NCBI RefSeq assembly: GCF_033153115.1
Contig: NW_026889751.1
Span: forward strand, 28,148,001 to 28,212,000
Direction: 5' to 3'
Source: Saccostrea echinata
Lineage: Eukaryota
Length of the DNA: 64,000 nucleotides
In this document: in pieces, positions 61,725-64,000 of the stretch
Layout of the letters: each line of letters starts with the position of its first letter
Numbering within the stretch: the stretch's first letter is position 1
Notes under the pieces: generated by a model
Database searches by the model: none
What the model was told of the DNA's origin: nothing
Seen by the model: only the letters and a program-made list of their open reading frames with translations
Position numbers and translations under genes: made by a program

Positions 61725-62241
61725 CTTTCACGATGTTCATTTTGACTACCTAGTTATTTGCACACTTTTCAGAAAATAAATTGACACTCATATCTCATGA
61801 TTGGATTAATTTTTAAAGAAAGCTTTGCTTTAAAAAATCATAATGACCTGCAATACATTTTTTTCATCTGTTAATTACATGTATGTTCATCGCAGTGTTC
61901 TATCTTAACATATCAAGCGAAGAAATAAAGCTTTTATGTGATAAGCTAAACTGAAAAGACGTTTTAAAAAAACAATACGAACTTCACACGATATGATCGC
62001 ATTGCATAGCAGGTAATTGTTTTCTTAACAAAGAAAAGAAAGCCAATCAAACGCTTGTCAGATTTTTAAAACACAGTGTTTAGTGACACAAAAAATACGT
62101 ATCTAAATGATTTACCCCTTTCATTTTATAATCTGGTTTAGTACTGTGCTACAACGACGTAATGAGAACATTCATGATAAGTTTAAGTCTTCCCATCAAG
62201 AACTATTTTTTGTGAAAAAAATAAACAATTATATATAAACG

Positions 62242-62461
62242 ATGGGTTGCTGCGGAGAGGCTTCCGGTTGGGCGAAGATTGGTTTTCTGCTGTTGATGTG
62301 TGCTACAGGACTTCAAATTGCGGGCAATGTGACCAACAACTGGATGACGTATAACACAGTGAAGGACACCTTCGACCTCCGGGTGGGATTGTGGTGGTTC
62401 ACTAACTGCTCCGGTGGGGTATCTTGTCACACCGAGAACACCCCCTCTCAGTATCTGTCGT
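62242..62461 (+). CDS. First exon of a second claudin-like tetraspan paralog; later exons not found in the window
   Basis: MGCCGEASGWAKIGFLLLM..NNW..RVGLWWFTNCSGGVSC aligns with the 58957 exon; phase-1 donor T|GTGAGT at the homologous position. Confidence 0.85.
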
Positions 62462-62585
62462 GTGAGTACAACTGATTCGGATATTTTGAAAATGTTTAAA
62501 AATAGTATTTTTCAAGATATTTTTTGTGTTTTTGAGAAATTGTCACAATTTTTCTAAAATGATAAAGTAGTAAACATTATACATT

Positions 62586-62982
62586 TATTGACTTGATTCG
62601 AGGGCAACATGCGTTTTGTCGGGCCCAAGAACCAAACTGTGTGCCTTAGGCCGTTAGGCCGAAGGCAAACAGTTTGGTTCAAGGGGTCGACAAAACGCAT
62701 TTTGCCCAAAATCACAGTCAATATTTTTTTTTGTTAAACCCTTTTCTTTCGACATATCTTGCGCTGCCTTGGAACCATGTTTGAGATAATTGGTAGGATA
62801 TATCTGATCCCGCCTACAGTGTGACGTAAAAAACGCCACAGCGGTCCAATATCTCATCGACAGGTCCAATATCTCACTCATCGGTCCAACATCGATTTTT
62901 ATGGACCGCTCAGAAAAACATTGGAAATGCTTTACTTTTTTTTAGTATTGATTTATATAGGAACAATTTTAAAGGTATAACA
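62586..62982. mobile_element. Hairpin-bearing non-autonomous element, possibly Crypton-like
   Basis: ~138-bp imperfect palindrome at 62586-62723, followed by a short inverted pair TGTTAAACC..GGTATAACA. Confidence 0.45.
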
Positions 62983-63128
62983 GCATCTTTTCCACAGTTG
63001 TATTATTTTGCGACTTCAATTTCTTGATATATGATTGACTCAGAATGCACTGTAGACCAATTAATTCTGAGTTTGATATTTATGATTGCATACTCTTTTT
63101 AAACTATATATTTACTTTTTACACTTAC

Positions 63129-63443
63129 CAGGCCAGTAGAACGCGGGGGAGGGGGGGGGCACTTTTTCCTGAGTAAAGTATTTTGCTATAGTAAATTTTC
63201 CATTGGATGCTTGTTCCCCCCCCCCCCCCCCCCCACTTTTTGATGTTGTAAGGTCGAACACTGGCAAATTCCAGGATCTGGACAGTAAATTAGCTTTTTT
63301 TTTATTTTGCTTGTCAGATAATTTTGGGAAGTTGCCCCCTCCCCCATCCCCACTTTTGGCCAGTTTTTTTTGGGGGGGGTTCAGATTTTTTGGGGGGGAA
63401 TTTTGTCCCCCCCCCCACTTTTGAAACCGTTGCTACGGGCTTG
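63129..63443. mobile_element. MITE with G/C homopolymer tracts
   Basis: Termini CAGGCCAGTAG / CTACGGGCTTG; flanks ACTTAC / ATTTAC; termini resemble the 18671 family. Confidence 0.6.
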
Positions 63444-64000
63444 ATTTACAACTAAATCAATCTAAAAAAATTAATTTATTTCAATAAATCTCTTGTTCTA
63501 AATTCACAGGCAATTTATATATCAAACCAACTTCGAAAGCCTAGGAATCTTTGATCAAAGAAACTCACCCCTTCTCACACTGTCGCAAGCCACATTCTGT
63601 TTGTGGAAATAGAATAGACACAAAACCAGTGGCTTGGGACGATGCCCTTAATTCCCACTTCTTCATGCTTCGTTAAGATTTTAAAAAAGATTCTGATTAT
63701 GGTTTAATATGTGTACATAAATTCTCATGTTCTTCTTTTTTCCAAGGAACTTTGGGGTTTTCCCCCTTTTTTCATGGGCGGAAAGGTAGACACTAGGTTT
63801 TGTCTTTTAAATTAACAACTACATGTATCATAAAGGTACTTAATATAAAAACGTCCTTTTAAAATCTACATGTAAGACTAAGAAATACTTTTTAAAGTCA
63901 GAATTAGATAAACGTTGCAAGTCACTTGAAATCTTCAATATATTTTATGCACATGGGAAGTTGTGCATGTTCCTCTTTTATATTGGCAGCATTGCCAAAT

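Overview
This is AT-rich eukaryotic DNA, most likely an oyster (Ostreidae), judged from the gene and repeat families; the taxon is an inference. Genes reconstructed by hand: (i) two tandem RING-less TRIM-like B-box/coiled-coil/NHL genes on the minus strand, each with one coding exon of 563 aa; (ii) a 7-exon secreted S1A serine protease (327 aa) whose second exon encodes a beta-defensin-like six-Cys module, mostly missed by the ORF track; (iii) a long SHB/SHD/SHE/SHF-family SH2 adaptor gene with alternative 5' exons, one apparently with a GT>CT donor change, and with tandem copies of its own splice donors after two exons; (iv) one complete and one partial PMP22/claudin-like tetraspan gene. The non-coding DNA holds Helentron/HINE-type elements (including a ~7.8 kb nested stack), TIR MITEs with clear target-site duplications (TSDs), tRNA-derived SINEs, Penelope-like RT relics and a 22-bp TIR-only footprint. 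The best candidates for something new are the defensin-fold/protease fusion, the splice-donor echo arrays, and the hypervariable NHL surface of the TRIM pair. No database searches were run, so family names come from motif recognition.
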